DNA of 64,000 nucleotides. Source: Amoebophrya sp. A120 (Eukaryota > Protista > Dinoflagellata). Location: positions 15,872,142 to 15,936,141 of the forward strand of contig CAJINV010000001.1 of the NCBI GenBank assembly GCA_905178155.1. The letters run 5' to 3'. Shown here piece after piece: positions 39,841 to 53,221 of the stretch (position 1 is its first letter; the number at the start of each line of letters is the position of its first letter). The position numbers and the translations under genes were made by a program. The notes under the pieces are model-generated. The model saw nothing but the letters and a program-made list of their open reading frames with translations. It searched no databases and had not been told where the DNA came from.

Positions 39841-41385
39841 TCACGGGAACAACCACCCAAACAAAGACGACGAGCTGGAGCTGCTTCCACCAACACCTCG
39901 CTCAGCGCGCGAGGACGAGGACGGTGATCTCATTTCCAAAATCGCCAGGTCGCCCGTATCGTTGAAAAAATGCGCTGCCGGAGGAGCGAAGTTGTACTTG
40001 TCGATTTTGTTTGGAGACCGAGGCGGTGTGCCGGCAGACCCAGCCGAAAGTTTGTTCCCGGCTGAGTTTCTGCCGCTCTGGCCTGTTGCCACTACAGCTG
40101 CCTTGTTGTGGAAAGTCGTGCGCGAATAGTACTGACTGGACTGTGAAGACTGTAAGTTTTGCAACGCCTGAGCGAACAACTGGTCTTCGGTGGTCTGAAG
40201 GGCGTTTAATATTCCCGTCCCACCTGCTGACCCATCCTCCACATGTTGGTAGCCGCTTCTGTCAGAAACTTCCACTGGCACAATGGGAATCACGCTGTTT
40301 ATTTCGTCCTCCTCGCTTTCGATTACCACCATCCCATCTGCGAACGGAGAAACCGAGGTGTACAGGTAATTGTGGATGAACGCGTCAAGCTCATCTTGCG
40401 CCGCCTCATCAGCATCATCCATCCCCATCTTTGTAGCGAACGCTCGCTTGCAACGCAACAATTGCGTATCGGCGTCATCGGGCGAACGCGAGGAGCCCGA
40501 TCTATTCGCAGAGGAGGGATGATTATGTAGCAACAGCCTCGTGCTGCCGTTTTGATCAGGCTGAGTAGTGGTCTGTGGGGTCCTCATGGTGGGAAAGAGA
40601 AAACTCCTGTAACTCAACCGCCGGTTGGATGCCGCGTGTGTCCTAGCAAGCTGCTGGTTGTTCATTTTGTTCCCACGACCAGAGGCTGCACAAGGTCCCA
40701 GTAACACATTGTTCATTTTATTCTGGGAAACTTGCAAATCGCTCATCAGTGCGGCCGAATTCTTTTTTGTATGGGCTGTCGCGTTGGCCTGCAGCTTCTG
40801 CCCTCGGGTCGTGCTACTGTTGTTCATTGTGCTTTTACTTGGCGCTGTTAACCTAATTGCGGATTGTTCTGCCTGGCGTGCTTCACCTGTTTCGCGCTCG
40901 TGCCTACCGTTTATTTCTTGGTTCATGCTGGCCAAATCCCCAGCCGAGGAGGACGTGGTCGATGCGCGTTCCTGGAAGAAGAAGAAGAACATGTTTTTCC
41001 TCCGCGACGGCGAGCTGTGCCCGTTGTTGGAAGCTGTTGCTACCGTCTCCCCGCCTGCTGCCCCGCTCCGCGAGGTTTGCACTTTTCTCGGACCTGCTCC
41101 ATTCTCCTCGTCACTCGTTCGCTCTTGCTCCGACCGCATACCACGCGTCGCGATTCTTTCCGCGATGGGCAGCTCGTGTTCGGAAGCATCATCCGGCGAT
41201 TCCTTTCCCAGCGCGAGTTGGTGAAACAGCACACGCAAGGGCTGCTCTTCCTCCCATTCTTCGGCAACAATCGCAGCGTCCTCATCTCCGGAAAGGCAAA
41301 AAACGAAATCGTCTTCCGCATTTAAGACGCTGAGATCTCTTTCGCCCCGCTGCTGCACACGACTTATTTCCGAAATAACTTCCAT
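39841..41385 (-). CDS. Hypothetical low-complexity protein (514 aa)
   Basis: Long ORF on the gene-bearing strand with S/N/A-rich composition like neighbouring genes; no domain recognised. Confidence 0.55.
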   Translation of the reverse strand: MEVISEISRVQQRGERDLSVLNAEDDFVFCLSGDEDAAIVAEEWEEEQPLRVLFHQLALGKESPDDASEHELPIAERIATRGMRSEQERTSDEENGAGPRKVQTSRSGAAGGETVATASNNGHSSPSRRKNMFFFFFQERASTTSSSAGDLASMNQEINGRHERETGEARQAEQSAIRLTAPSKSTMNNSSTTRGQKLQANATAHTKKNSAALMSDLQVSQNKMNNVLLGPCAASGRGNKMNNQQLARTHAASNRRLSYRSFLFPTMRTPQTTTQPDQNGSTRLLLHNHPSSANRSGSSRSPDDADTQLLRCKRAFATKMGMDDADEAAQDELDAFIHNYLYTSVSPFADGMVVIESEEDEINSVIPIVPVEVSDRSGYQHVEDGSAGGTGILNALQTTEDQLFAQALQNLQSSQSSQYYSRTTFHNKAAVVATGQSGRNSAGNKLSAGSAGTPPRSPNKIDKYNFAPPAAHFFNDTGDLAILEMRSPSSSSRAERGVGGSSSSSSSLFGWLFP

Positions 41386-41999
41386 TTTTAGCTAGTCATT
41401 CGAAAACCAAAACGTAAAGTGAAAGTAGAAGTGTTGCAGTTCTTGACGCACCGTGGAGCTTTACAAATTAATGCGGTTCACCGTACGGCGCATGTGTAGA
41501 GTTGTATGTGTAACCAAATTATGCAATCAGATTTACAGAATGGTTTGGATTTTCAGAGATTTAAGTTTTTTTTCAAAAAACGTGGTGTCGTGTGGTGGAT
41601 GCCGAGATAAATGCGTTGAAATCGTCTGAGGAAAGCAAACAAGCCTGGATGAATTTATTCGGACGTTAAAATTTTCCTCAGAAAAAACGCCGCGAAAAGT
41701 CTGACGATAATGAGGCACGACCACGACAATAAATCTGGACGGAGACGAGACAGCACGAGACGTGTTTGCACGAATGAAGTTTTCTCTTTCCTTGCTTTCT
41801 TCACAGCATGGAGGCATGACCAGTACGAGTCCAACGATTGATGACCGAGAGACGAATATTACACCCAGCAACGTTTGCATGAAGATCTCTACGGAGATGT
41901 TCAGGTCGAGATACGACAACGTTTCAAACTGAACGGCCTGCTCTACAAGAAAAAGGTACGTTTCCATAAACAGGCGCGCCACTCCAATAAACTATATAT

Positions 42000-42021
42000 T
42001 AAGTAAGTAAGTAAGTAAGTA
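42000..42021. repeat. (TAAG)5 microsatellite
   Basis: taagtaagtaagtaagtaagta, immediately before the degenerate start of the 141-bp repeat region. Confidence 0.8.
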
Positions 42022-42394
42022 GTACTTCGACGCGATGTCATGGCCAGCGATCGGATGCAACAAAGAAGTACCGGGCAGCACAACTTTTTTGCGCAGCCTG
42101 ATTGCGGAAACGCGCCGGCATTCCCAAGCTTGGATCTATTTTGAGCAGTCTACAACAGAAGCACTAATAAAACCCTTTCTCGACGGTGTGGCAGATGCCA
42201 TAAAGAAAAAAAAACGCCTCTGCACAGGTCTTTTGATTTGGCCATCTGCGTGCATTGCCAAGTTTGGGCCTACTTGTTACAGGCGCCATTCGTAACAAAG
42301 AAAACCCCACCCCCACGGCATGGCCGATAATCAGACGCAACAAAATCCCGGGCAACGCAACTTTTTTTCGCAACCTGATTGCGGAAACGCGGCT

Positions 42395-43623
42395 GCATTG
42401 CCGAGCTTGGGTCTATTTTGGGCAGTCTACAAGATAAGCACCAAAACCCTTTGTCGACGCTATGGCGAATGCCAGAAAGAAAAAAAATTGTCTCTGTGCA
42501 GCTTTTTTGATTTGGCCCTCTGCGGAGCCACGAGGGCATTGCCGAGTTTGGGTCTATTTTGCGCAGTCTACAAGATAAGCACCAAAACCCTTTCTCGACG
42601 CTATGGCGAATGCCAGAAAGAAAAAAAATTGTCTCTGTGCAGCTTTTTTGATTTGGCCCTCTGCGGAGCCACGAGGGCATTGCCGAGTTTGGGTCTATTT
42701 TGAGCAGTCTACAAGATAAGCACCAAAACCCTTTCTCGACGCTATGGCGAATGCCAGAAAGAAAAAAAATTGTCTCTGTGCAGCTTTTTTGATTTGGCCC
42801 TCTGCGGAGCCACGAGGGCATTGCCGAGTTTGGGTCTATTTTGAGCAGTCTACAAGATAAGCACCAAAACCCTTTCTCGACGCTATGGCGAATGCCAGAA
42901 AGAAAAAAAATTGTCTCTGTGCAGCTTTTTTGATTTGGCCCTCTGCGGAGCCACGAGGGCATTGCCGAGTTTGGGTCTATTTTGAGCAGTCTACAAGATA
43001 AGCACCAAAACCCTTTCTCGACGCTATGGCGAATGCCAGAAAGAAAAAAAATTGTCTCTGTGCAGCTTTTTTGATTTGGCCCTCTGCGGAGCCACGAGGG
43101 CATTGCCGAGTTTGGGTCTATTTTGAGCAGTCTACAAGATAAGCACCAAAACCCTTTCTCGACGCTATGGCGAATGCCAGAAAGAAAAAAAATTGTCTCT
43201 GTGCAGCTTTTTTGATTTGGCCCTCTGCGGAGCCACGAGGGCATTGCCGAGTTTGGGTCTATTTTGAGCAGTCTACAAGATAAGCACCAAAACCCTTTCT
43301 CGACGCTATGGCGAATGCCAGAAAGAAAAAAAATTGTCTCTGTGCAGCTTTTTTGATTTGGCCCTCTGCGGAGCCACGAGGGCATTGCCGAGTTTGGGTC
43401 TATTTTGAGCAGTCTACAAGATAAGCACCAAAACCCTTTCTCGACGCTATGGCGAATGCCAGAAAGAAAAAAAATTGTCTCTGTGCAGCTTTTTTGATTT
43501 GGCCCTCTGCGGAGCCACGAGGGCATTGCCGAGTTTGGGTCTATTTTGAGCAGTCTACAAGATAAGCACCAAAACCCTTTCTCGACGCTATGGCGAATGC
43601 CAGAAAGAAAAAAAATTGTCTCT
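42395..43623. repeat. Tandem array of a 141-bp unit (~8.7 near-identical copies), preceded by a diverged copy at ~42039-42270
   Basis: GCAGTCTACAAGATAAGC recurs every 141 bp from 42422 to 43550; the minus-strand ORF repeats every 47 aa. Confidence 0.97.
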
Positions 43624-43739
43624 ACCTTCATAAGATGGATCCGCTGCTACGAAAAAGCTGGCTGGCTCTGATGACCTTCAACGCGATTTGTGGTGTCGTT
43701 TTTCTACTTTTTACTGAACTGAATCAACGTGTATGGAAA

Positions 43740-45424
43740 TCATTCAGGTTTCATTTTTTTGCGTGGTAGATTTTCAACATCTCTGTCGGCATCATGCACA
43801 TCCTGCTCGACCGCAGGCGCAGAAAATTCGTCAGGATTATACAAGGTGGCTGTATCTTTCGCCAAGAGGGTACTCCGTTCCCTCTCTTCCGCAGTGCGCT
43901 TCCCTGCGCCAGTGAACAAAATTTTGTTTTTTTCCGAAAGGTCACTCGTCGCCAGCGTGCTCGCAAAACTGATCATCCCCATCAGCAGGGGTTCCAACGA
44001 TTTCGCATCGGTCGTGAGCCGATGCTGCAATTCTTTTGTATCCAGCTCGAGCTCCACTTCGCTGGTTTCTTTCCGCTTGCCGCCCTTGCCGCCGCCAAAC
44101 TGCTTCACTTCGGTCATGTCCAGAGAGCCAATGAAGCCGCCGGAGCCGAGCCAATAGCTGTGCCTGTGAGCATGTTTGATGAAAATGTCTTCGCTTCCAT
44201 CTATACTGTCAGGGTGAATTGTAATTTCCTGCGACGAAGCAAGATTCTAGGAGGTGCTGGGCCACCAGTTTTCTACTCAACGAACTTGAGAAACACTGTA
44301 TAAAATCTTCGTAGAGATGTTTACTAGTACCTTCGCTTCTTTCGCGTTACAATCGGCTTCGGCTGCGTTTCCAGGTACTTGTCGAACGCGGGTCGCTCGG
44401 AGTCGAGGTTTTTTTCCCTGCTGATGGATATCCGCAGGTCGAATTCCCCCCCGGTGATCACGTCGATGTCGATAATGCGGCTTTTTTCTTCCAACCTCAG
44501 TGCCTGTTTCAAATCGATACTCTGATCAGGCTGCCCAATTGTATCCTTTCGCAGAGACAAGGCCTGCCCATCTTCGCCCTCGTCAGCGTTACCATCTTGT
44601 TTCCAGCCTTCTATTTTCAGCTCTGGCACGCTACCCATGTGGTCGCGCCCATCGTCCGTAAACTTGGACAGTGTACGAACGGCGCGAATTCTGCGTCCAT
44701 CCTTATTCTTTCCTTTCTTCCCTTTGCCTTCCTGCTTTCCGCCACCCTTAGTACTGTTGTCCTGACGCGGACCAGCATCACTGGGCATGAAATAGGTTCT
44801 GTCCTCTTGGCTGATGACCCATTTGTGGGGCAGAAACGGTGTCGCCGTCGCTATGCGCTTCGCGAGTTCCGCGGCGGAAGGAGTTGTTGAAACAGCAAGA
44901 CTACTACTGCTGCTTGACGAGGAGGAAGAAAAAGCTGCCTGCTGCGGCTCCTGCGCAGCGTCGGCGCCTCCACGTGGTGCTGTACCTTTGTTCTCACCGG
45001 CAGGAGCTACTTCCTCAGGTTGTGATTCCAGCGCTTGCAATTTGAGTTGCTCCCGCTGTGCTTCCAAACTAGTCTCCGCACTGATTTGGATGCTGCGGTA
45101 GGCGTTCACGTCGATATCCGGATCGAAGCGGTACCGGACCCAGTCCTGGCTATATCCGCCCATGATGCGATACTTGTAGTCACTCTCCTTGTGAACTACT
45201 CCACGGTCCGCTTTCAGACTGGCCCGCGCTTTTTCCACCTGTTCTCTAGAGTAGTCGTCGTTGCCAGCGATTCTGCCCAGTCGCGCTTCGACTTCGAGAG
45301 CGGAGGCGTCTTTGTCCAGCAGCAGCATGGGATTTCCATATTCCGGCAACTTTTTCACCTCTGCGAATACCCTCTCCGCCAGCTGCTGCTTGGAGGAAAA
45401 GGTTGCCACGTCGGCAGCTGCCAT
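43740..45424 (-). CDS. mRNA-capping RNA 5'-triphosphatase, Cet1-like triphosphate tunnel metalloenzyme (CYTH fold); GT-AG intron 44164-44330
   Basis: Motif A LEVEARLG, DLRISISREK, spliced RKKRR|HSYW...LDMTEV and motif B EVELEL. Start could lie further upstream (ORF extends to 45694). Confidence 0.8.
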
Positions 45425-46318
45425 GGGAATTGTTCGCGTGGATGATGTTTGTCGTCGCTCACTGCTTAAAAGTCGTATTTTTCTAGCACTAGCTGAACTA
45501 TAAAAACCCGATGATGTTGCTGTACAGAAGATCAGAAACTGAAACGCGATCCGAAGCCTCATGTGCCTGGTGAATCGTGACGCAAACATGAGTTGATGAC
45601 TTTCTGACCTTGTAGTTCGTGTGCGTTCTACTTGAGAAACAAGTGCACCTTCAATGAATAATCCCAGCAACTTTGCTAAAGTAGAAATTCGCAATTTTGT
45701 CCAGCAACTTTGCTAAAGAAATGTTGTACCCACAGCAATTGGTTATGATTTCGATCCGTCTGTTTGATAAATGCATGGGCCTCATTTTTGAACGTCAACA
45801 GAAGAACCGAAGAAGGGAAAGAGCGGATCGTCATTCCTAGAAAGGACCATTTCGCTTGAACATTAATCAGTTTCAGTCCTTCGTGTATTTTCTATGCGGA
45901 TCTGCTTCCAACAGCACTCGACATTGTACAGTAGGAACAGCATAGCATACTTTCAGTCATCTGCATCTTAACACCAATGGAATAAGGGCAGCCTTCTGAA
46001 AATAGACCTGTGCGGCACAGATGAAAAAGCCGTGGGTCATGATGAAAGGATGAATGCAATGCGTCGACGAGATGAAATCTTCGTATGTAATGTATGTATG
46101 AGCGGTCAACGTGACCGATGCATGGTTCACCAGGGTAGGCGTCGTAGGTCCTGGTTTCTCAACATACGTGTCTTTTCGAGAGCAACACCTTGCGCGCCTG
46201 CAAGGTCGATACTGCTGAAAATAACCATTCTACTTCATGGAAGTTCTTGTTCTGCTTTGTTTTCTCTCCCAGCAATGTGCGGCAAACGAACCAACGCTGC
46301 GGCCCTCCACAGATGCAT

Positions 46319-47189
46319 TTACTCCTCCGCCTGTTCGACCGTTGCAGACGTGTCGGACGGTGTCGTAGAGTTCTTCCTGCGGGTCGTTTCCGAAGTGCTG
46401 GCAGTCGTCCCCGGTAGCTCCGTGAAAGCCGGCTCGTCTTCCGGCACGGCGGAAGCGCGGGAAGCCGGCTTCTTCTTTTCCTCGACGACTTCCGTGATTG
46501 TAGAAACCACGTCTTCCGCCTGGCTCTTGTCGAACTTCGATTCCTTGACCGTCTCCTTCGGTTTAATCGCCCACTTTTGTGCGAAGGCAAACACGTGATC
46601 CCGCACCGCGTTGTGCTTCGTGACTTCGAACAGCAAATCGATCAGTAGCAGTCCCCCGCGGAACTCCGGGTGGTACAACCAGACGAAGAAGAGCGTTTGC
46701 AGTTCGAAGACGAAGGGAAGGTAGATGCTCAAGAGATCGAAAGTCGGTTTCACCATGATGTACAGGACGAAGTAGACCAGCCAGCAAGCGAGCGAAGTCT
46801 TCTGGTCGGCCTGCCACAAGACCGGTAATTTCGATCCACGGAGAAGGTTTATCGCAGCGAGCACCGGCATCACGGTAACCAACGCGAAGGAGACCGGCTG
46901 GGCGAGCGGCAAAACCGTCCACGGAGCATCTTCGCCGTCGTAGAGTAAAGACAACATTATTGCTAAAAGTGCAGCTCTGTGGGGGGACGAGGGGTAGTAC
47001 AACCGTCAAAACTTGCCTACACAATGTTGAGACAGGAGTTTCAAACAAGAGGGACGATCGTCTAACTTTCAATGAGAAATGTGCCCGAGGTGGTGAACAA
47101 AAAAAACAGTCGCCGGTGTCGTGTGTAAACAAACTTACTACACAAAAAAAATGTACGTCTAAGGCTGTAGATAGTATTTTTTCACCCAT
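46319..47189 (-). CDS. TB2/DP1/HVA22 (REEP/Yop1-like) ER-shaping protein; first exon uncertain
   Basis: LACWLVYFVL...YLPFVFELQTLFFVWLYHPEFRGG matches the TB2/DP1/HVA22 signature. Confidence 0.7.
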
Positions 47190-47749
47190 GATGATGAGTC
47201 AAGCTTAAGCCGCGAAGGTAGAGGCACAGCAAAGAAAAATTTTTGGATCTCGGAAAGACAATCGTGGGATCGACCGTTGTGGTTCAATTTGAGCCATTTT
47301 GGTTGTCACAGAGTCAGATCGGGGAAACCCATTTTATGAATGGCTCGCACGAAGCAAGCTGTGCATGTTATGTGATTATTCGTCAACTGCAATGCCAAGA
47401 TACGATTCTTAATCTTACTGCGCAGAGTGCATTGATCCGCTTAATTTTCACTTGTGCGATGCTCGTCATGATTCCATTGCGTATTGGCGTGAAACTGGTC
47501 TGTTCCCATTTGGGAAAAAACAGGTGCGTACTGATACTGTAGAAAAAACCGGACTGTGTTGTAATTTAGTTGTAGATTCTGTGCAAGTGAAACATCTCGT
47601 ATTGGTAACATCATTCTGCATTAATTTCGCTTTTCGAACTACTTTAGATGGTTGTGTCCTTCGAAAAATCTCGAATGAGAGGTACAGGTCGTAGTGGTGG
47701 TTCTTTATTTGTTGAGGTAGTAAAATCTGGATCTGCAAGCAAAACCAGA

Positions 47750-50700
47750 TTAAAAGTGCTCTACACGGAAGCACCAGATCCCCTTCTTTGCGTCGTAAGA
47801 GAGAAACTGCGCGCCCTTGACTTCCGTCATTCGGCGGACCTTGGACTCGTAGCGACGCGCAATCTGCGGCGTGACCTCCTCGGTGCCAGGTGGGCGGCAG
47901 TTCAGCAAAGTGACGTAAGCGGGCTTGTTCAACTCCGTCCCAATTTCCGGTTTTTCATCTGATAAGGTAATTATGGCATTGTTCGGCTTCCGATTGACAT
48001 TTTTGCGATTCAGTCAAAACAAACCGAGCGTTCTAAACTGAATGAATCTATCATCGCAAAAGCGATAAAGAATGTTTGTAGGTTTCTACCTGCTGCACAA
48101 GCCGGATAAACTACGATTTCCCCTGGTAGCAGCTGCAGTTTCGAAGCCAGCGTTTTTCGGTCTGGGATGTTGCTCAAATCGGTTTTCCCCTCGAACAGCA
48201 CCGAACCGACGGAGGGCTTGGCAATGACCAAGTCCTGAACCTGGCTGCGATCGTAGCCGGGCTTGAAGATGTCGGGCATGATCTCCAACTCGTCTGCTTC
48301 CTGGTGGTCCTCGGATTCCTGCTCCTCGTTGGAAGAGGAAGACACCGCTGGCGCTTCGGTCTCTTTCGAGTATAACGTTGCCGGTGGTCCTTGTTGAATC
48401 TTTTCTGTCGTGTACTTCTCAAGATTAATATCGTCGCCACTTGCATTTGGCTGCGTGGTCTTCGAGCTTGCCTTTGGCGACATCTTTATTTCCGCCATGG
48501 GTCTCTGTTTTCTGCTGGAGATCGGTGGTGCTATCGGCGCAACTTTCTTTTCGACAGCGGCTAGTAGTTGTGCAGGTGAGGGCTGCATAGAACTGGAGAT
48601 GTCGGAAGTTGGTGACTCCTTGCTCTTCGCTAGCTCTTGCTTTTTTCGCTGCAGGATCACACCAGCGAGAATGCGATCGAAAGTATGGTCGCCAAGAAGA
48701 CGAGGGTTGCCGATCTGTTTATGGTGAAACAAGAAAAGTCGCTTCAACAAGTCCACACGCTAAAGCTAATCCTGCATATTGCTGAAGATCTATACTGAAA
48801 ACAGAAGCAACCGAGCTACGCACATCGCTGAAGAAGTACCTCAGTCACATGATCCTCTCCGTCCTCTGGTGGAGGTAGAGGACAAATCGGATCCGTCTTG
48901 TCCACGTGCGCCCGGGCGTAGTCGAGGAGACGCAACAGTGCTGGGGGTAACTCCTGCAGGGTTTGCACACTCGACAATTGGTGCTTCTTCAAAAACCACC
49001 GTGCCTTCTTTCCCACCTCGGGCTCCACCACCATGTCCGTGGCATGTGCCCGGGCGTGGACGTCGCCGACGTTGCTGAAGCAACGCCGGATCTGGATCCA
49101 GCTTGTGCCCGGCGCGAGGAACTCGGGCTTGCCAAGTGCAACCGCTGCGAAAAGCGCGCAGACTTTCTGGGCGGTGCCGTTCGGGTGCGCGTAGGATTTG
49201 ACTTCGTGTAGAATTTCCTTGGACACCGTCGGGATGATCTTCTGCGGCTTCTTTGCTGCTTTGGCCATTCGGTTAGGAGGCTGGAACGACGGCGCACCGA
49301 ATGACGATATCGGGGTCGAGAGCTGAGTTGTTTTCACACTGATTTCGCTTTGTATTTCACGAGAATTTCAACCAAACTCCTCGTGCAAAAGACACTCCCT
49401 GCACTCTCGGTGAACGCGGAACGCTTGGCATGCGACCTTAATGAATACCTTAATGCTCCCTCCCGCACCGCTTCCGGTGCCCCTACGAAGAAAACTGCTG
49501 CTCAACTCGTCCAGGTGGTCCCCTGAAGTGCTCCGCAGTCGTGGCGTTTCGGCTCGCGATCCAGGCCGCACTGAACGCAGTAGGCGATCAATGTTAAGCC
49601 CCTCGGAAAGAATCCGATCGTTGTCCGGAGGCTTTTGGATTGCTACCTCTTGAAAGGATTCTTCTGCTTCTTCAACCACAGCTCCTTGAAGGGCGATGCG
49701 CTTCTCGTTCCTGTTTTTTGAGACAACTCTGCCTAACATTTCATCCACTCCCAAACAAATACAGATTTGGCATTGCGATCTCGTGGGTGCTAATCGCTTT
49801 CTTTTCTTTGCATCAAGCATTGTTTCGCAGCAAAAAAACTTACCGCGTGCTTCGTCCCTGCTTCTCCAAAACAGGTGGCTTCAGTGGCGAATACTGCGAT
49901 AACGCGGGAGTCGAACGCACAGACTCAACATCGTCTACCCGGCTACTACTGATCTCAACATCGTTGGAAGCCGCGTCCAGCTGTCTTTGCTCGTCGATCG
50001 CCGTCGAACCTAGAGGTCCGCGCAGTGGCACCTCCTGCGCGAAGACACCAGCTTCCTCGTGCGCCCCACCTTCCACTGGCCTTCTTATGGGAACAGTCGC
50101 TGGCGGGACAGCCATTGGTCGCGCAACCGCGGCAGTGCCTTTTTGCTGGACAGCGGCCTGATGATCAGCGATGGAGTCGGCAGGAGCTGCAGCCTCCATT
50201 ACCGACACACCGCTATCTGGCGCCGTAGCTGACAATGAGGACGAAGACGCGGACGCGGAGCCAGAAGCTAGCGCCCGTTTCTTCGGACTCCGGAGCGAAA
50301 CTGGGGGTACGCTACGAAGATCTTCGACTTTGCTTGAGGACGGGAATAAGTGGGAGAACTGATTCGTTTGCACAAGCGGCTCTACCTTGAAAACATCGCT
50401 GCTCGGTTGGTGCGCCAAATCGTGTTCCACTTCTGCGGGCAGGGCAACATTCCGGCTCTGCAGTTTCGGATGTGCTGGCCCTGCTGCGATTGGAACCGCC
50501 GCCTGGTTTGACTGCGGTGTTTCGTCAGCCGATCGTCCAGATTCTGATTGAAATTGTTTATCCCCAGCACCTCCCCGCGGCTCTTCAAAGCTCGCCGCAG
50601 CGGCTGGCGTTTCGTCTTGTCCACTTGTGCCTCCTCCCCCGGAATGCGTAGCTAGCAACACGTCTTCCTCCCGAAAAGACCCCGTCTCCTGCTCCTCCAG

Positions 50701-52488
50701 TGAAGCCTCTGTGGTATTTGGCCGAAAAATCGTCCCTGCTGCCCGCCGAGTCTTCGGCACAGCCGCCTTCCGTGGCTTGCCGAACGCGCTCTCGCGACTA
50801 CTGTGCAGATCTTCACGCGAAGAGGAGGACGACGCGGAGGAGCTTGACCCTTGTCCGCCTGCTCGCCGGAAGACCGGCGGCAACGCCGGCTTTCGGGTTT
50901 CCCGGGGCGTGGACAGCCGTGAGTCTGTCGCGCTCGCTGCGGCCTCCTGCTCGACCAGTGCGCGCTTCAGCGGGTACGGGTTCGATGCCTTCGCTTCCTT
51001 CTGCGCCGAAGTTGTCAAACTGTACTGCGGTTCTAGGTCTAGTTCGCACTCCACTTTGGTTTCGCTGAAGGAAACCCGTTTGCTTCCGCGGCCTACACTG
51101 CCCCGTCGCTTTTGCGCGGAAGATGCTGCGGATGTTGCCGTGACCGGTGTAGACGGCGGTAGCGCTGCTGCTGCACCGGCGGACGAGAAAAATCCAGAGG
51201 GAGCCGACGTCGAAAACCCTGGCACGATCTCGTCTTCCTCTTCGTCGTCGTCGTTACCCAGCAAAAGTCCGTGCAGTGATACAATCCTCATTTCCCTTTT
51301 CCGCTGATTCTTCAACGACGCGGAACCTTTTTCGCGAAAGCTCTGGTAGTCGCGGAAGCTGACCTCTTCAGAGTGCGAATGGTCCGCGGCAACGGACACC
51401 GACGGCTGTGAGGCGGATGGGTGCAAATGCAGTGTGCCCTGTGATCTTCGCAGCGCCGGCGCGGTGTCCTGCAACGGTGTAGCCGTGTGCTTTCGTACTT
51501 CTACTTCCTCCGGTGGTGAAGCTGCTGTGCGGTTGGCCGCGAGCAAGGGAACAACAGGGCTGTTCGCAGATTGCGTTGTGTTGATGACTCGGGGCGTGTT
51601 TCCCGCACTTTTCGTGGCGCGGACGACTTCACTCGAGCAAGGCTGCTCGAATTGCTGTAGTAAAGCTTGCGGCACTGGATGTTGTTCCTCAAATACCTGG
51701 TTTGCACCAAAGCTTGACGACGTCCACCGAATCTGCTCCGGCCTTGAGCCGGTGGGTTCCTGCTCCGCGACTGCCGTACTACCACCTCTCGGTTGTAGGA
51801 ACTGGTGTTGCGAAGACACCACACTGGTAGTACTGCCAACGAGAGGCACCATCGGGTGCACCGGGCTCGACGTGCACGCTGAACTTGCGTGCTGATAGTT
51901 TTGTGCACCAACTCCCGGCAGCGGCGATGCGCCAATCTGACTGCTGGCACAGCTGCTGCGCGCTGCCGAGGAGGGAACGCCTTGGTGCAGCATGTAACCA
52001 CTCGGGGACGCAACCGGGCTCGCGCCGATGGTCGCTACCCCACCGCCGTTGAAACGGAAAAGCCCTGGTGGAGGTTGCACCATCCCACGATCTGCAAAAC
52101 CGGTGGTGTAAAGGCTTGCGCGCGCAGCGGCGGTGCCAGAGGTAGATGCTGCGCTTGCTGTACAGCCCGTAGTTGCTACACCCGGTATTCCTAGTATCCT
52201 CGTCGGCGTGGGCACGTGGCTCATGGGCACCCGCGCGGAAAACACCGACGGGTAGGCTGTTGAGCTGGCGTTCGTCCGTGCGGACAGCGGGGTTCGAATC
52301 GGCACGGACATCGACCCGTTCGGGTAGGTCGACGCGTATTGCATGCCTCCGCCAGGTGACGAGCGTACGCTCGAAGATGCTTGCTTGTCTTGCTGGGCGA
52401 AAAGCCGCTTGTACACGCTGTTTTCGGGACTGTAGTTCCGCGTCTGCACAGTAGGTGCGACGAACGGCGGCGTCGACCCGAGAATCAT
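47750..52488 (-). CDS. Protein ending in a Nup98-type (Nucleoporin2/autopeptidase) domain; multi-exon, linkage of the upstream exons inferred
   Basis: QVQDLVIAKPSVGSVLFEGKTDL...EIVVYP...|DEKPEIGTELNKPAYVTL...GAQFLSYDAKKGIWCFRVEHF*. Upstream S/A-rich ORFs are on the same strand. Confidence 0.7.
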
Positions 52489-53221
52489 CTTGTCGGGGGC
52501 CTGTGTGCTCTTTTTCTATTGTCCATACTTTCTGGAGCAGAGACTGTTCTTCGAAACTCGCTCGTCCAGCACCCTCCTGCAAGAAGTCAATCGATACTCA
52601 CTCCCGAATTTATTTCCCTCAAAAGCACACAGAGTTGTATTCCAGCCTGTTTTGTGCGTCACGACTACTCATGCGCTGGCCAGTTCCCTTTCTACGGTGC
52701 TGAGGGCCGCACGCAATTTCTTTATGGCCACCTGTCATGCTGTTCACTGCCCCTGCATCCGAACAACGGAGCCGCCGGATCACCTTCATTCTACTGCTGA
52801 AGCAGCAACCTTGCCATCCTATCTGCAAAATTGTCCCGGGCAGTTTCTTAGCACCGCCAAAATCGTCATCTTGGTGTGAAGTAGAAATCATTCCGCACCT
52901 CCATCGAGATTATCATGCCAAGATCACCCCGCACCCTTTCACTTTTTTGGAAAAAATATAGAGCGCCGTGATCTTGCCAAAGGAGTCAACAATGAACCGT
53001 GAAACATGGTTTATTTCCGTGTCTGATTTATTTGCGAAAGGAAGAAAAAGATAAGTTCGAGAAGTATTTTGGATAGACATAGAAGTCAATTGAGGAAAGA
53101 TCATCGTCAAAGCTTGCTGTTCATTAGGTGTAAAAGCTAACTCCAGCCAGTGGTAATCGACTGCGATGAAGTATCTTAGGTACAACCACGTAGTAAGTTG
53201 TACGGCCACTTCCTAGTAGTT

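Noticed and set aside
42395-43623. CRISPR array
   Set aside because: Units are identical head-to-tail with no unique spacers, there are no cas genes, and the context is eukaryotic.
47289-47303. Dinoflagellate spliced-leader relic (AGCCATTTTGG); similar partial match near 6813-6829
   Set aside because: Only partial matches, on the non-coding strand; compatible with chance.
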